A stretch of DNA of 64,000 nucleotides from Patescibacteria group bacterium (GCA_041661745.1 JBAZTR010000004.1:12961-76960), one strand, 5' to 3'. Numbered from the stretch's first letter, positions 9,877 to 19,742 are shown. Notes: generated by a model not told the origin, from the sequence alone. Numbers and translations are program-made.

Positions 9877-10470
9877 TTAAATCTTTCCCACCAAATCAAG
9901 CCCGGGTTTTAAAGTGGCCGCCCCCGGTTTCCAGGAAGCCGGACAAACTTCACCGTTATGTTCACGGACAAAATTGGCGGCCTGAATTTTTCTTAACAAC
10001 TCGGCGGCGCTGCGACCAACACTGTTATCGTGTACTTCCATCACTTTTAGAAAACCGTCGGGATCAAAAACAAAAGTGCCACGCAAGGCCAAGCCTTCAT
10101 TGGGAATATAAACATTTAAAGCTCGAGCCAAAACCCCGGCCGGATCAGCCGCCATGGGAAAAGTTATCTTTTTAATGACCGGCGACTCGTCGTGCCAAGC
10201 CTTGTGAACAAAAACCGTATCCGTGCTAACACTGACAATTTCCGCATTGTTTTGCTTAAACGCTTCGTAATTATCGGCCAGTTCGGAAAGTTCGGTTGGA
10301 CAAACGAAAGTGAAATCAGCCGGATAAAAGAAGAGAACCAACCACCGTCCATGAAAATCCGAGATTTTCATTTTTTTGATTTTTTCATCTTGAAAAACTT
10401 CAAACTCAAAATCTTCCAATTTTGAATTAATTAAAGGCGTGTGATATTGAATATTTTGTATCTCGTTCAT
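9877..10470 (-). CDS. ahpC: 2-Cys peroxiredoxin
   Basis: FYPADFTFVCPTE and GEVCPASW. Confidence 0.95.
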   Translation of the reverse strand: MNEIQNIQYHTPLINSKLEDFEFEVFQDEKIKKMKISDFHGRWLVLFFYPADFTFVCPTELSELADNYEAFKQNNAEIVSVSTDTVFVHKAWHDESPVIKKITFPMAADPAGVLARALNVYIPNEGLALRGTFVFDPDGFLKVMEVHDNSVGRSAAELLRKIQAANFVREHNGEVCPASWKPGAATLKPGLDLVGKI

Positions 10471-10598
10471 ATGAATATAAATTATTATTAACTTATTATA
10501 TTGTCTATTTTTCCTCTTCCCCTCTACCCCTGCCCTCTCCTTCCCAAGGAGAGGGAGATCTCGTGGGCGCTCGACGCGGGGCTGTTTGTTTTTCTTCT

Positions 10599-10946
10599 CT
10601 ATTTTCTAACAATCTCCGACTTAAAAAACTTTTCCTGAAAATTGGTCAGCTGCCTTATGTCATCATCACTTACTTTATTCCCTTCCGGCACAACAATCAA
10701 TTTGTCGTCGTCATCGTTTGTGCGGTGAATTACGGCGATGCAACGACCGGTAAAATCTTGCAACGTTTCGGTTACACCCAAAACATATACATCAATTTCT
10801 TCCCCATCCGGAGCTTTGGTGTCGGGCACGAAGCCGTAGTTTACCTCGTACACAAACCCATACTTGGGATGTAACGAACCAAGCGGACGATCAATTTTAA
10901 CTGTAACGGTTTGATTTAGATATTGAGTGTATAAATTGGCGAGCAT
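10599..10946 (-). CDS. Small inorganic pyrophosphatase-family protein
   Basis: IDRPLGSLHP, YEVNYG, DGEEIDVY, DDDDKL; start moved to ATG 10946. Confidence 0.85.
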   Translation of the reverse strand: MLANLYTQYLNQTVTVKIDRPLGSLHPKYGFVYEVNYGFVPDTKAPDGEEIDVYVLGVTETLQDFTGRCIAVIHRTNDDDDKLIVVPEGNKVSDDDIRQLTNFQEKFFKSEIVRK

Positions 10947-11103
10947 ATTTTTAAAGTTATTTTCTTCCTCTCCCCCTCTATCCCCCTCTCCAAGTCCCTC
11001 TCCCCAACCCTCCCCCACTGCGGCAGTGAGGGAGGGAGATCTCGTAAGTGCTCGACGCGGGGCTATTTGTTTTTTAAAAAACCCTTCGTCCACTTCGTCC
11101 CCC

Positions 11104-11952
11104 TCAACCCCTTCGTCCCCCAAATCTTTTTCTTGGTTTATTAAATGCCAAAAAATTCTGTCCAGTCACAATACTTTTGCCGATTTTTTGTTCCAGTTCC
11201 CTTCTGGCGTTTTTGGCGATTCGCCCGCCTTTCTTGGCCGGAACCTTATTTTCCTCAAAACCCTTCGTTGCCTCGACCTCGGCAATCTGTCGCGTGGAAA
11301 GTTCGGCCAGAGCCGTGAAAACCAATTCCGCATCAGACATATGATCGCGCAAATTTTGCGTTTTAAGATTTTTTAATTTCTTATGATCTTTAACAGTTAG
11401 GTCACTCCATTCCTTATGAATAATGTTAGTTAAAATGGCGAATTCGTTTTGTTCCTTGACTTCATTATTTTTCCAATAGTCGGTCAGCTTATTTCGCACC
11501 TCTTGCCCCATCATTCGTTGTTGAATCCATTTATCACTCCGACCCATTCTTTGCCAATATTCTCTGGAACGGTTTAAAGCTTTCTCTGGATCAGATATTT
11601 CTTGAATCCTCTCGTAACCGACTTTGGCTAACCACAATTTAACCGGTTCGGCTTTTGGGCTGGGGATAGACTGAATAATTCTAAAAATTTGTTCCGGATT
11701 ACCAGCCAAGGTCTTTCTTTTTTTCCCTGTCTCGGTAATCATTTCTACCTGGGGACAGTTTGTCCCTAGGTAGTTTCCGAGTTCAACGTCCCTTTTTCTA
11801 AGTTTTTTAACATAATCAGTCGGATTATTACTTTCCGTAAGCACGGCCACAATATCAATCACGGAAAAAAACCAAGTTTCGGTTTTTTCATCATAATAAC
11901 GGCGGATTTTAAAATTTTCAAAAACAGCTAAAGATTTTTGGTTATTTGACAT
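11104..11952 (-). CDS. Bro-N domain protein
   Basis: WFFSVIDIVAVL, RIIQSIPSPKAEP, NLRDHMSDAEL. Confidence 0.85.
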   Translation of the reverse strand: MSNNQKSLAVFENFKIRRYYDEKTETWFFSVIDIVAVLTESNNPTDYVKKLRKRDVELGNYLGTNCPQVEMITETGKKRKTLAGNPEQIFRIIQSIPSPKAEPVKLWLAKVGYERIQEISDPEKALNRSREYWQRMGRSDKWIQQRMMGQEVRNKLTDYWKNNEVKEQNEFAILTNIIHKEWSDLTVKDHKKLKNLKTQNLRDHMSDAELVFTALAELSTRQIAEVEATKGFEENKVPAKKGGRIAKNARRELEQKIGKSIVTGQNFLAFNKPRKRFGGRRG

Positions 11953-12421
11953 AAAATATTTTTTATATGAACAAAAAACTTAACAAAACAACTCCCAAAC
12001 CAACGCCTGTCCCGCGCCATGTTTCTTTTGGAGTTGTCACAGAAAATATTAAATTGCTTGTTTCTATTATTGCAAAAATTTCTGTTTTTGTCAATCGTTC
12101 CTACCAACTTTTCTTTATTTTTTTAATCTTTCCTCCCCGCAAATCCCTCTCCCCTTACCCTCCCCCGTCGTGGCGACGAGGGAGGGAGAACTCACAGGAT
12201 CTCTGCTGATCCACCCTTTAGTTCGCGCATGAGACCGTTGTTAGTAAACATGAAAAGGTAGCCGATTGCTTTATCCTCTTAATGTATCGTGCAAAGGCGA
12301 TGTTTAAGAGAGAAACAACAGGAGAAAAGAAAAGCTTGGGCGACGAACAAAGGGTGGTTTAAAAAAGCCCTTTCTTTCCCCACCTTTCTTTGGGCTAGCA
12401 AAGAAAGGTGGAAAGAGAAGA

Positions 12422-12784
12422 TTAACAAGTTGTATGAAAGAGGGCGTTGATATGTTTTCCTTCAGATATTAGACGGTTGTAAACAACAAGCGCTTCTGGC
12501 GTTTTTTCTACCACCACCTCAACCCCGGCCGCGCGACAAGCAGCCAAAAAATCCTCATCAATCTCAAGTTTTCCATCCTGACCAGTACCAACAATAATCA
12601 CCTCTGGTTTATTCGACAAAAGTTTTTCTGTTTCCCACGGTCCAAGGCGATGAGAGGTGCCGAACAATTCTTTCAAGCGCGGATAATCGCGCTCTTCGAT
12701 TTGATCGCCAATAATCAAAACCTGATCGAATTTTTTGTTGTCGATGATTATAAAACCGAATTCGGTGGAATCAATATGAGGCAT
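12422..12784 (-). CDS. Mth938-like domain protein
   Basis: PEVIIVGTGQDG, TPEA..YN, ALFHTTC. Confidence 0.85.
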   Translation of the reverse strand: MPHIDSTEFGFIIIDNKKFDQVLIIGDQIEERDYPRLKELFGTSHRLGPWETEKLLSNKPEVIIVGTGQDGKLEIDEDFLAACRAAGVEVVVEKTPEALVVYNRLISEGKHINALFHTTC

Positions 12785-12788
12785 AAAA

Positions 12789-14102
12789 TTATAAAGACTC
12801 TAAAAATTTCATTACCCGCTTATCCGGAATAAGATGCCGTAACTCCAATGGTGTACGAAGGAATATTCCCCCCAAACTGCGACAGCGACTTAGGGCCACA
12901 TAAACCTGGCCCGAAGCAAAAGCGCCATAACCCAAATCAATGGCCACGCGGTCGAAAGTTTTACCCTGACTTTTGTGAATGGTCACGGCCCAGGCCAAGC
13001 GCAGGGGCATTTGTTTAAAGCTGCCGATTTTTTCGCGTTCTAAACAGCGGGTTTTGTTGTCGTAAGCAAAGCGAAACAAATTCCAGGTGTACGCTTCGAC
13101 CACAACTTCGTCACCGTTGTCTAAGGTCACAACAATTTCCCGCTCACCAAGTCTTTTAACGGTGCCAAGCGAACCGTTAACCCAGCGATCCAAAGAATCG
13201 TTATTCAAAAACATGACGCGAGCGTTTACCTTCAAAGTCAAAGCTTCATCAGTCGGGGCGTCTTTGTCTTGAAACCGCCCCTGGGCTTCAGCTTTATATA
13301 TTTTAGCTTTTTCGGACAAAGATGACAGTCGACTAAAATTTATCCGATCAGCCAGCTTGTTGGTGGTGGTAAGGATAATGGCTTCGTCGATAACCTCCTC
13401 GTCTTCCATATCAACGCAACGCGAATTCAAGGTCTTTAAATGTTCATGCCCGGCCGAACAATTACGAACGGCGTTTAAGACTTCAATAAACTTTTTATCA
13501 CTTTGCCGATAAATCTTTTCCAGCTCAACAAATGACAGACCGTCGGTGTCCTCAAAAATTTCCTTCATGACCTTGGCCGAAAAAAAGTACGGGGTTTCAT
13601 AAACCTTGGCCAAAGCTTCGGCTTCATCATCACGCACCACCGGCGGCAGTTGGTACAAGTCGCCAATCATCACCATTTGCTTTCCGCCAAACGGTTCCTT
13701 GTTACCCATGACGGCTTTTAAAAAAACATCAATGGCATCAAAAAGATCAGCCCGGACCATGGAAATTTCATCAATGACAATGGTTTCCACTTCGCGATAA
13801 AGCTCGTTCTCGCGAGCCTGGCGGCCTTCCCTTTTGGCTTCCTTTAAAGTAATGCCCGGGCGAATCAAGAAAAACGAATGAATGGTCTGCCCCTCAACAT
13901 TCAACGCGGCCACCCCGGTGGGGGCCAAAATCACCGCTTTCTTTTTGGTGGTATCACGAAAATGCCGGAGCAGGGTTGATTTACCTGTCCCGGCGCGGCC
14001 GGTAATAAAAACCGGCCGTTTGGTGTTTTCCATTATATCCAACGCGTGGACGAAATGTTTGTTTATGTCGAGGCGAGGTTTCATGTCTGAATATTCTATC
14101 AC
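12789..14102 (-). CDS. PIF1/RecD-like SF1B helicase
   Basis: GRAGTGKS, APTGVAA, IDEISMV, GDLYQLPPV, AVTIHKSQG, YVALSR. Confidence 0.92.
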   Translation of the reverse strand: MIEYSDMKPRLDINKHFVHALDIMENTKRPVFITGRAGTGKSTLLRHFRDTTKKKAVILAPTGVAALNVEGQTIHSFFLIRPGITLKEAKREGRQARENELYREVETIVIDEISMVRADLFDAIDVFLKAVMGNKEPFGGKQMVMIGDLYQLPPVVRDDEAEALAKVYETPYFFSAKVMKEIFEDTDGLSFVELEKIYRQSDKKFIEVLNAVRNCSAGHEHLKTLNSRCVDMEDEEVIDEAIILTTTNKLADRINFSRLSSLSEKAKIYKAEAQGRFQDKDAPTDEALTLKVNARVMFLNNDSLDRWVNGSLGTVKRLGEREIVVTLDNGDEVVVEAYTWNLFRFAYDNKTRCLEREKIGSFKQMPLRLAWAVTIHKSQGKTFDRVAIDLGYGAFASGQVYVALSRCRSLGGIFLRTPLELRHLIPDKRVMKFLESL

Positions 14103-14210
14103 ATTTTTAAAACCCCTTTGTCACTTTATAAGATTAAGCCGAAGGAGATGAAATTGATGAGGGTTTTTAAAAAAAGACGGCTACTAAATTTTGTTAATCA
14201 AACAAAAAAA

Positions 14211-15125
14211 TTACTGTAAACAATGCTGCATGAATATCATTACTAAATTTAAAACTAACCGTGCAGTCTTTTCATTAGCATACTCTTTCTTAGGATGGGG
14301 GTCCCCTTTTGTTTGTCTTTCCTGCATTAAAATTGATTCAATATCTTTAAAAATTTTAACGGTAAAAGAATTATTAGGAATCAGCTCTTTTCTTTGAGCT
14401 TCTTTTATTAAAATCCCGAGATCACCCTTACCAATTTCTCCGTTAACAATTATTTGCATAAACCCCTGCAGAGCAGCGCAAGCCAAGGTGATTGAAGAAC
14501 TATAGCCTTCTTCTGTATTTTTCAAATACGCAGACGTTGCGTTTCTAAAATCACGACTAACCGGTTCCCATTTTTTATGTCCTAAACAATTTAGTACTGG
14601 CTCAAAAATTTCCTTTGTTATTTTTTCATCTTGCCGAAGGATAAAACCCTCTTTGTTTAATAAAACGTTCAAACCGAATTGATTAGAAATATCGTTAAAT
14701 AAATCTATAAAGTCGATTATACGTTCTTCTCTTAAAACACCGATATAATATGAAATTAACTCATAGAAAACATCCTGCGTTTCTTCGTGAAAAATATGGT
14801 CAAAGTCCCTCTGGGCGGCATCTGGACAACATGTTTCTATTGACTGCCAGCCGCCTTCATCTCTTAAATGTGGGCCGCCATGCTGCTGCAAATTATTACA
14901 AAATGACCTAGCTTTATTATCTTCGTTAAATTGATATATCGTTTGATGAATTCCTTTGTCAACACCGAACCAGCCTTTATTAATAAAACACAACCAAATA
15001 TTTTTTTTCTGGTTCCGGTCAATTTCATCCCAAGAACGTATGCCCAGGTTAGGACGTAAAACCTCTCGTGCGGTGGAATTAGAATGTGACCATTTATCAA
15101 ATGTCATACTTTTAATTTTTTTCAA
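14211..15125 (-). CDS. AT-rich hypothetical, possible AbiJ/HEPN-like abortive infection protein
   Basis: C-terminal R..xxxH-like segment (ERQTKGDPH), ACAALQG helix; island context. Confidence 0.5.
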   Translation of the reverse strand: MKKIKSMTFDKWSHSNSTAREVLRPNLGIRSWDEIDRNQKKNIWLCFINKGWFGVDKGIHQTIYQFNEDNKARSFCNNLQQHGGPHLRDEGGWQSIETCCPDAAQRDFDHIFHEETQDVFYELISYYIGVLREERIIDFIDLFNDISNQFGLNVLLNKEGFILRQDEKITKEIFEPVLNCLGHKKWEPVSRDFRNATSAYLKNTEEGYSSSITLACAALQGFMQIIVNGEIGKGDLGILIKEAQRKELIPNNSFTVKIFKDIESILMQERQTKGDPHPKKEYANEKTARLVLNLVMIFMQHCLQ

Positions 15126-15217
15126 TCTACTTCTTACAAATTTTTCCGTCTCCTTATCAACAAAATAAACATAACAAAACTTTTCTTAATCTATTTTCTC
15201 TCAAGATTCAGTGTAAT

Positions 15218-16347
15218 TTAAACTGCCGCCTCCGCCCGTTCTAACAACAAATTAATATCAAATCTAGCGCCGGGATCTCGCAAGTTATCATCGACCTCTC
15301 TGACTGCGTCGTAGGAAAGAAATTTAACCGCCTTATCAAGTCCTAAATATTCACTTGAAAAAGTCGGCCGTTTTAACTGTTCAAAAACTTTTATTTTTCT
15401 ATCCCTATCAGCAACGATAAAAAGTGGATAGTTAGAATTAGGGGCCAGTGTTCTTAAATCGGATAAACGCAGAATTCCGGAATAAATACTAGTTGAGTGC
15501 TCGATTTCAAAAGCCGACTTAATTGAGTTGCCAAGTTTCCAAACCGTGTCAATGTTTTTCACATAAGACGGAACATCGATCACATCGTGAAACTCCGGAA
15601 CAACAAAATCTCTAAAATTATTTCCCTCAAATGTTTTATTTTGATCGCCGGCCGGTACCCAAACATCAAAGTTTGACTTATTTCCCAGACGAATGAGGCG
15701 CCATTGAATTTCGCTGTGCTCGGTTGGGGCACGCTCGATCTTATCATCCAAAGACAGAAACGTGGAATTAAATTCCTCTGGGTTTATTTCGATTTCTTCT
15801 AATTTCTCTCCTTTCTCTAGCTTTTGAAGAAGAGAAACGAGGTCTCCATAACTAGATAGTAAATTGTTTACTTTCTTCTGGTCTATTCCCATGAAGCCCT
15901 GCGGGTGATAATTTTTTTCATACCCAAGATATTCATTCAGTTTTTCTATCTCAACATTAAACTCAACATCATTAATCATGAAGTAGATGTATTCCCAAGT
16001 TTGGCCGCCTTCATCTGTTTGCCAAAAATATTTTGCCAGCTCGTGGTTATGCACCTTCACGGCGATTTCCGCGGCTAAAATAATTTTCCCTTTTCTATAG
16101 ACCATTACATAGTCTCCTTCCTCCATTAAATCCCAATTTCTAATATTGCTTTTCCCAGGCATTGCCCCCCCCAGACAGCATAAGGTCGGCCGTGTGAGTA
16201 TTCCTTGAGCTTATCAACCTCATCGGGCGACAAAAACTTAGCAGCCTCCTCCACTGTTCTTTTATTTTTAATAGTTTCGTAATAGTGTCTATCAGTGTCG
16301 TGCCCACCGCCAGCCATTACGAAAAATATTTTTCTTGTTCTACTCAT
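15218..16347 (-). pseudogene. EVE/PUA-like plus PD-(D/E)XK endonuclease gene split by a frameshift in a G8 tract
   Basis: ORFs 16126..16347 and 15218..16162 overlap at C8 (16165-16172); IDTVW..FEIEHSTSIYSGILRLSDL nuclease motif. Confidence 0.7.
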
Positions 16348-16505
16348 AATTTTTCATTAATTCCCCTCCATCCTCCCACTTTCAAACGAAAAGATCAACC
16401 CAATTTAAACCTCCTCCCACCTCACCCCTGCCCTACCAAAATATCCGCACCTCGCCGTCTGAAACAGAAAAATCCTGTGAAAAAATACGATTATATGCTT
16501 AAATA

Positions 16506-16856
16506 ATGAAAGATATGGAAAAGAAACTAACAATTGGTCTATTTGCTTCCGCTGTTTTAATAATGGGGTTTTTGTTTTTCCTCGCAAACAAAACAAACAT
16601 AGTCGAAAGTAACTCAGCTGAATGTTCTGAAAACCAAAAAACCCTAATAATCAATTCCACTAACACCCTACGTTTTCCAGCTCAATTTGGTTGGGAAGGC
16701 CACACGGTCTTAATTCGCAACCAAGCCGATCAACCAATTGACAGCATGTACCCAAATCAAATCTGCGATACCGACGAAGAAGGAATTTTAGAAAAAATAA
16801 CTTCGGTAAAATTCAACGGTTTAAAAATCATAGATGAAATCTGGATTAAGGAATAA
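16506..16856 (+). CDS. Hypothetical membrane-anchored protein
   Basis: N-terminal TM helix; followed by a terminator hairpin. Confidence 0.6.
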   Translation: MKDMEKKLTIGLFASAVLIMGFLFFLANKTNIVESNSAECSENQKTLIINSTNTLRFPAQFGWEGHTVLIRNQADQPIDSMYPNQICDTDEEGILEKITSVKFNGLKIIDEIWIKE

Positions 16857-16917
16857 ATATCTTTCACAAACCTTCCGAGAGACCGGGAGGTTTTTTAAAT
16901 TAACAAAAATCCAATCA

Positions 16918-16946
16918 TTGACAAAAACCAATTTCTCCCCTACTCT
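16918..16946 (+). promoter_or_regulatory. Sigma70-type promoter
   Basis: TTGACA-N17-TACTCT. Confidence 0.7.
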
Positions 16947-16976
16947 GCCCACATCAAACCGGGTTCTGGAGGAAAT

Positions 16977-17282
16977 ATGTCCGACCAGTTTTATGGACTC
17001 AACGACCGAGAGTTGGAACTTCTTCTGAAGAGCGTGGACGACTTCAAAATGTCGACCCGACTCAGAAACTGCTGCGAGCACGCTGGGGTGGGATGGGTGT
17101 GGCAGATGGTCAAGCTCAACAAAGCCGAGCTGCTCGCCGAAGAGCCGCGGCGCTTCGGTCCCAAGTCGATCAAGGAGATGGAGGAACTTCTCTTGCCTAT
17201 CGGTCTTTCCATGGGCCGCAACTTCACCAGGGAGCAGCTGACGTTCCTCAACGGCTGTTCCAATCCGGCCGGTACGGCCTAA
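16977..17282 (+). CDS. Stand-alone RNA polymerase alpha-CTD-like protein
   Basis: LLKSVDDFKMSTRLRNCC..ELL..RRFGPKSIKEMEELL..GLSMG aligns to RpoA CTD; GGAGG SD. Confidence 0.85.
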   Translation: MSDQFYGLNDRELELLLKSVDDFKMSTRLRNCCEHAGVGWVWQMVKLNKAELLAEEPRRFGPKSIKEMEELLLPIGLSMGRNFTREQLTFLNGCSNPAGTA

Positions 17283-17385
17283 CCACATCTCGCTCTCCAC
17301 TGTTTTCTGGTGGAGTTTTTTAAATCTCTCAAAAAAAAATAAAACCTCAGCAGTGCTGAGGCAGAAGTCAGTGACGAACGGACGA

Positions 17386-17718
17386 TCAGGTCCGTCGGGC
17401 GTTGAGGGCATGCTCGAGGCCACGGAAGGCTCGGCTGAACTCGCGAGCCCCCTCGATGAGGCTCGGGTGGTCCAGGGCTTCCACCTTGGCGGCGATCTCA
17501 GGGTCGTCCGGGATCTGGGGCAGGCCGAGCCGGTTGAGCTGGCGGTTGATGCAGCGCCAGGTGTCTTGGCCGTAGCCGCGCCGGTGAGCGAGGTCGCGAC
17601 GGGTGAGCTGGGTCACATCGCCGGCCGTGCAGCAGTGGTGGCGCGCGGCGAGGTAGTTGACGAGGTTGCGATCGAAACCGGCTTCGACAAGCAAAAGCGA
17701 GGCGGAATCTTGACACAT
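17386..17718 (-). CDS. Divergent alpha-CTD/HhH-like protein
   Basis: LVNYL..TAGDVTQLTRRDL..RGYGQDTWRCINRQLNRLGL; GGAG SD; own terminator. Confidence 0.7.
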   Translation of the reverse strand: MCQDSASLLLVEAGFDRNLVNYLAARHHCCTAGDVTQLTRRDLAHRRGYGQDTWRCINRQLNRLGLPQIPDDPEIAAKVEALDHPSLIEGAREFSRAFRGLEHALNARRT

Positions 17719-17857
17719 GTAATCTCCGGGGTTGGGGGCGACAAAAGGTTTGTATCAAAAAAAACAAAATTGATCAACTTGCTTGGGAGTTTTTTAATTT
17801 AGAAAAGGACGAGGGGTTTGAGGGGGACGAAGAGGACGAAGTGTTTAAAAAACAAAA

Positions 17858-18117
17858 AGCCCCGCGTCGAGCACCGAAGGACAGCCCGGCTGAAGCGGCC
17901 CTTACCTTCAGTTGGTCGGCGAGCTATGTTCGAGTGCAGCCCCGCAACTTGCTTGACTTAACAATCGAGCAAGGTGCAGGGGCCAGCGAGTTAGCGAGCC
18001 GTGGCCGCTGAAGGCGGTTAGCTGTCCGAGGAGCGGAGACAGGGGCAGTGTTTCTTTTGCTGTGTCCACCGAAGCTCGGCGAAGGAGGATAACTTTTCTT
18101 TGCGACAAAGAAAAGTT
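17858..18117 (+). repeat. Structured non-coding element (MITE-like or RNA)
   Basis: Nested stems GGACAGC/GCTGTCC, CCTTCAG/CTGAAGG, CTTGCTTGA/TCGAGCAAG; ends in ACTTTTCTTTG-CGA-CAAAGAAAAGT hairpin. Confidence 0.6.
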
Positions 18118-18760
18118 AATAAGAAGACTCCCTTAAACACTTTCGAAATTTTCTAAAATCAGGACAATGTAAAGCCACCAATTGCCAAAAAGCGCGCGAA
18201 TGATTTTTGTGCGGAATATGCGCCAGCTCGTGCACCACGACATAATCAACAACTTCCAGCGGTTGAAGAATTAATTTCCAACCAAAGTTAAGATGATTTT
18301 TGTGGCTGCACGAGCCCCAGCGTTTTTGGGCGCTGTTAATTTTTATCGAAGTAAAATTCACTCCCATTTGTTTAGCATACAAAGTGGCCCGTTCGGTAAT
18401 TATTTCTTTGGCTTCCTGTTTATACCAAGCAGCCATTTTAATTTTAGCTTTAGGCAAAAACTTTTGGGGAAAAAGTAAATCGCCTTTTAGCTCGATCTTT
18501 TTAACTTTAGAAATTTTTAAGGGATAACTTTCCCCCAAGTACCAAAACACTTCCCCGTCGACGAATTCTTTTGGTTGTGACTTGGGGCGATTTTTAACGG
18601 CGACAATTTTCTTTTGAATCCAGGACATTTTATCTTGCACTAATTTTTCAATATAAACTTCCGAAACTCGCTGGGGTGCCCGAATTATCAAAACCGCCTC
18701 GGGAGTTATCTCCAGGCTGATAGTGCGGCGGTTGGAACGGATGATTTTTGCGGTTTCCAT
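18116..18760 (-). CDS. M48/YgjP (DUF45) metal-dependent hydrolase
   Basis: RWGSCS, DYVVVHELAH, NHSRAFW. Confidence 0.92.
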   Translation of the reverse strand: METAKIIRSNRRTISLEITPEAVLIIRAPQRVSEVYIEKLVQDKMSWIQKKIVAVKNRPKSQPKEFVDGEVFWYLGESYPLKISKVKKIELKGDLLFPQKFLPKAKIKMAAWYKQEAKEIITERATLYAKQMGVNFTSIKINSAQKRWGSCSHKNHLNFGWKLILQPLEVVDYVVVHELAHIPHKNHSRAFWQLVALHCPDFRKFRKCLRESSY

Positions 18761-18814
18761 TTTGGCATTATAGCAAATAAATATATTTTATCCTCACCAG
18801 TGCCCCCCCCGTTT

Positions 18815-18942
18815 CCCCTCACCCTTACCCTCTCCCTGCCAAGATCAGATGGGAGAGGGGGTGGTGTTATTTCGTCACAGGGGATTCCCCTCCCCCATCT
18901 GCTTTTTTAGCAGGGGGAGGGGTTAGGGGAGAGGGGCCAACA
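18815..18942. repeat. Composite REP-like repeat (about 130 bp), copy 1
   Basis: CCCTCTCCCTGCCAAGATCAGA..GGAGAGGGG..CCCCTCCCCCATCTGCTTTTTTAGCAGGGGGAGGGGTTAGGGGAGAGGGGCCAACA. Confidence 0.9.
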
Positions 18943-18968
18943 ACACGAACGGGGCGGCGCCGGCGGTC

Positions 18969-18997
18969 TGGACACAAATTCAAAGACATGCTAAAAA
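18969..18997 (+). promoter_or_regulatory. Cassette promoter A
   Basis: TGGACA-N17-TAAAAA with TG extension; near-identical at 19913 and 20557. Confidence 0.75.
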
Positions 18998-19030
18998 AGT
19001 ATGCCCCCTTTTAGAAAAAGGAAAGAAACC

Positions 19031-19720
19031 ATGCAGGACACCATTAAGCATCTTCTCCTTATTGCCCGACTCACAGCACTGGCCAACAAGGTCAACGGAG
19101 TGATCACCGATAAAAGGCAGGAAAAGACGATCACAAAGCTGATCATGGGGGGATTGGTTCGCACTATCCTCTGGGGCGTGCTCTGGTACGTTCCACTCTG
19201 GCTTCTGGGGGACCCTTCGTTCCTTATGAAGCTCCTCTGGGCCAACCTGATCGTCAGCGCGATGCTCTTCGTTGTGCACGCAGTTGTTCCAAGCAACGTG
19301 ATCACTCGAAGGATGCAGCGGCAAAAGATTAAGACGAAAGGACCTATGGCGATCTTCGGTCTGTTCATTGTCATCTTCTTCATGCCCACAGCATTACTCT
19401 TCGCGGTGAAGGCGGGCGACCAGTACCAGGAGGTCTTGGCCGGCAAAATCCTGCGCGACGACCGGGCCACGCTCTTTTCGCGAAACGGACATCTGATCAA
19501 ACTCGTTGAGGAGTATTTTGTGAGGTCTGGAAAAGAGATGGACAAAACCGTCATGGATCAGGTCTGGGTGCTGGAGCAGGAGCTGCTCGACTTTTCCGAG
19601 CGAACTGGCGAGCTCGGCGAAAGCAACGAAATCACCTGGCCGGAGACCGAGCCTTTCCTCAGAAGAGTTGAGAGGCTGATCGACGAACTCACTGTCTTGA
19701 CTGGCAACACTTCCTCTTAA
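19031..19720 (+). CDS. GC-rich hypothetical membrane protein (three TM)
   Basis: AGGA SD before ATG 19031; hydrophobic segments; terminator directly after stop. Confidence 0.75.
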   Translation: MQDTIKHLLLIARLTALANKVNGVITDKRQEKTITKLIMGGLVRTILWGVLWYVPLWLLGDPSFLMKLLWANLIVSAMLFVVHAVVPSNVITRRMQRQKIKTKGPMAIFGLFIVIFFMPTALLFAVKAGDQYQEVLAGKILRDDRATLFSRNGHLIKLVEEYFVRSGKEMDKTVMDQVWVLEQELLDFSERTGELGESNEITWPETEPFLRRVERLIDELTVLTGNTSS

Positions 19721-19742
19721 CCCTCACCTGAGGGATTTTTTA
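19721..19742 (+). terminator. Cassette terminator CCCTCACCTGAGGG + T tract
   Basis: Same core at 20485 and 21512. Confidence 0.8.

Noticed and set aside
10947-11376. N-terminal extension of the PPase ORF and ORF 10927..11376
   Set aside because: Translations of REP-like repeats (GEGWGEG / PSPSPSP); the same artefact explains ORFs at 19771 and 21582
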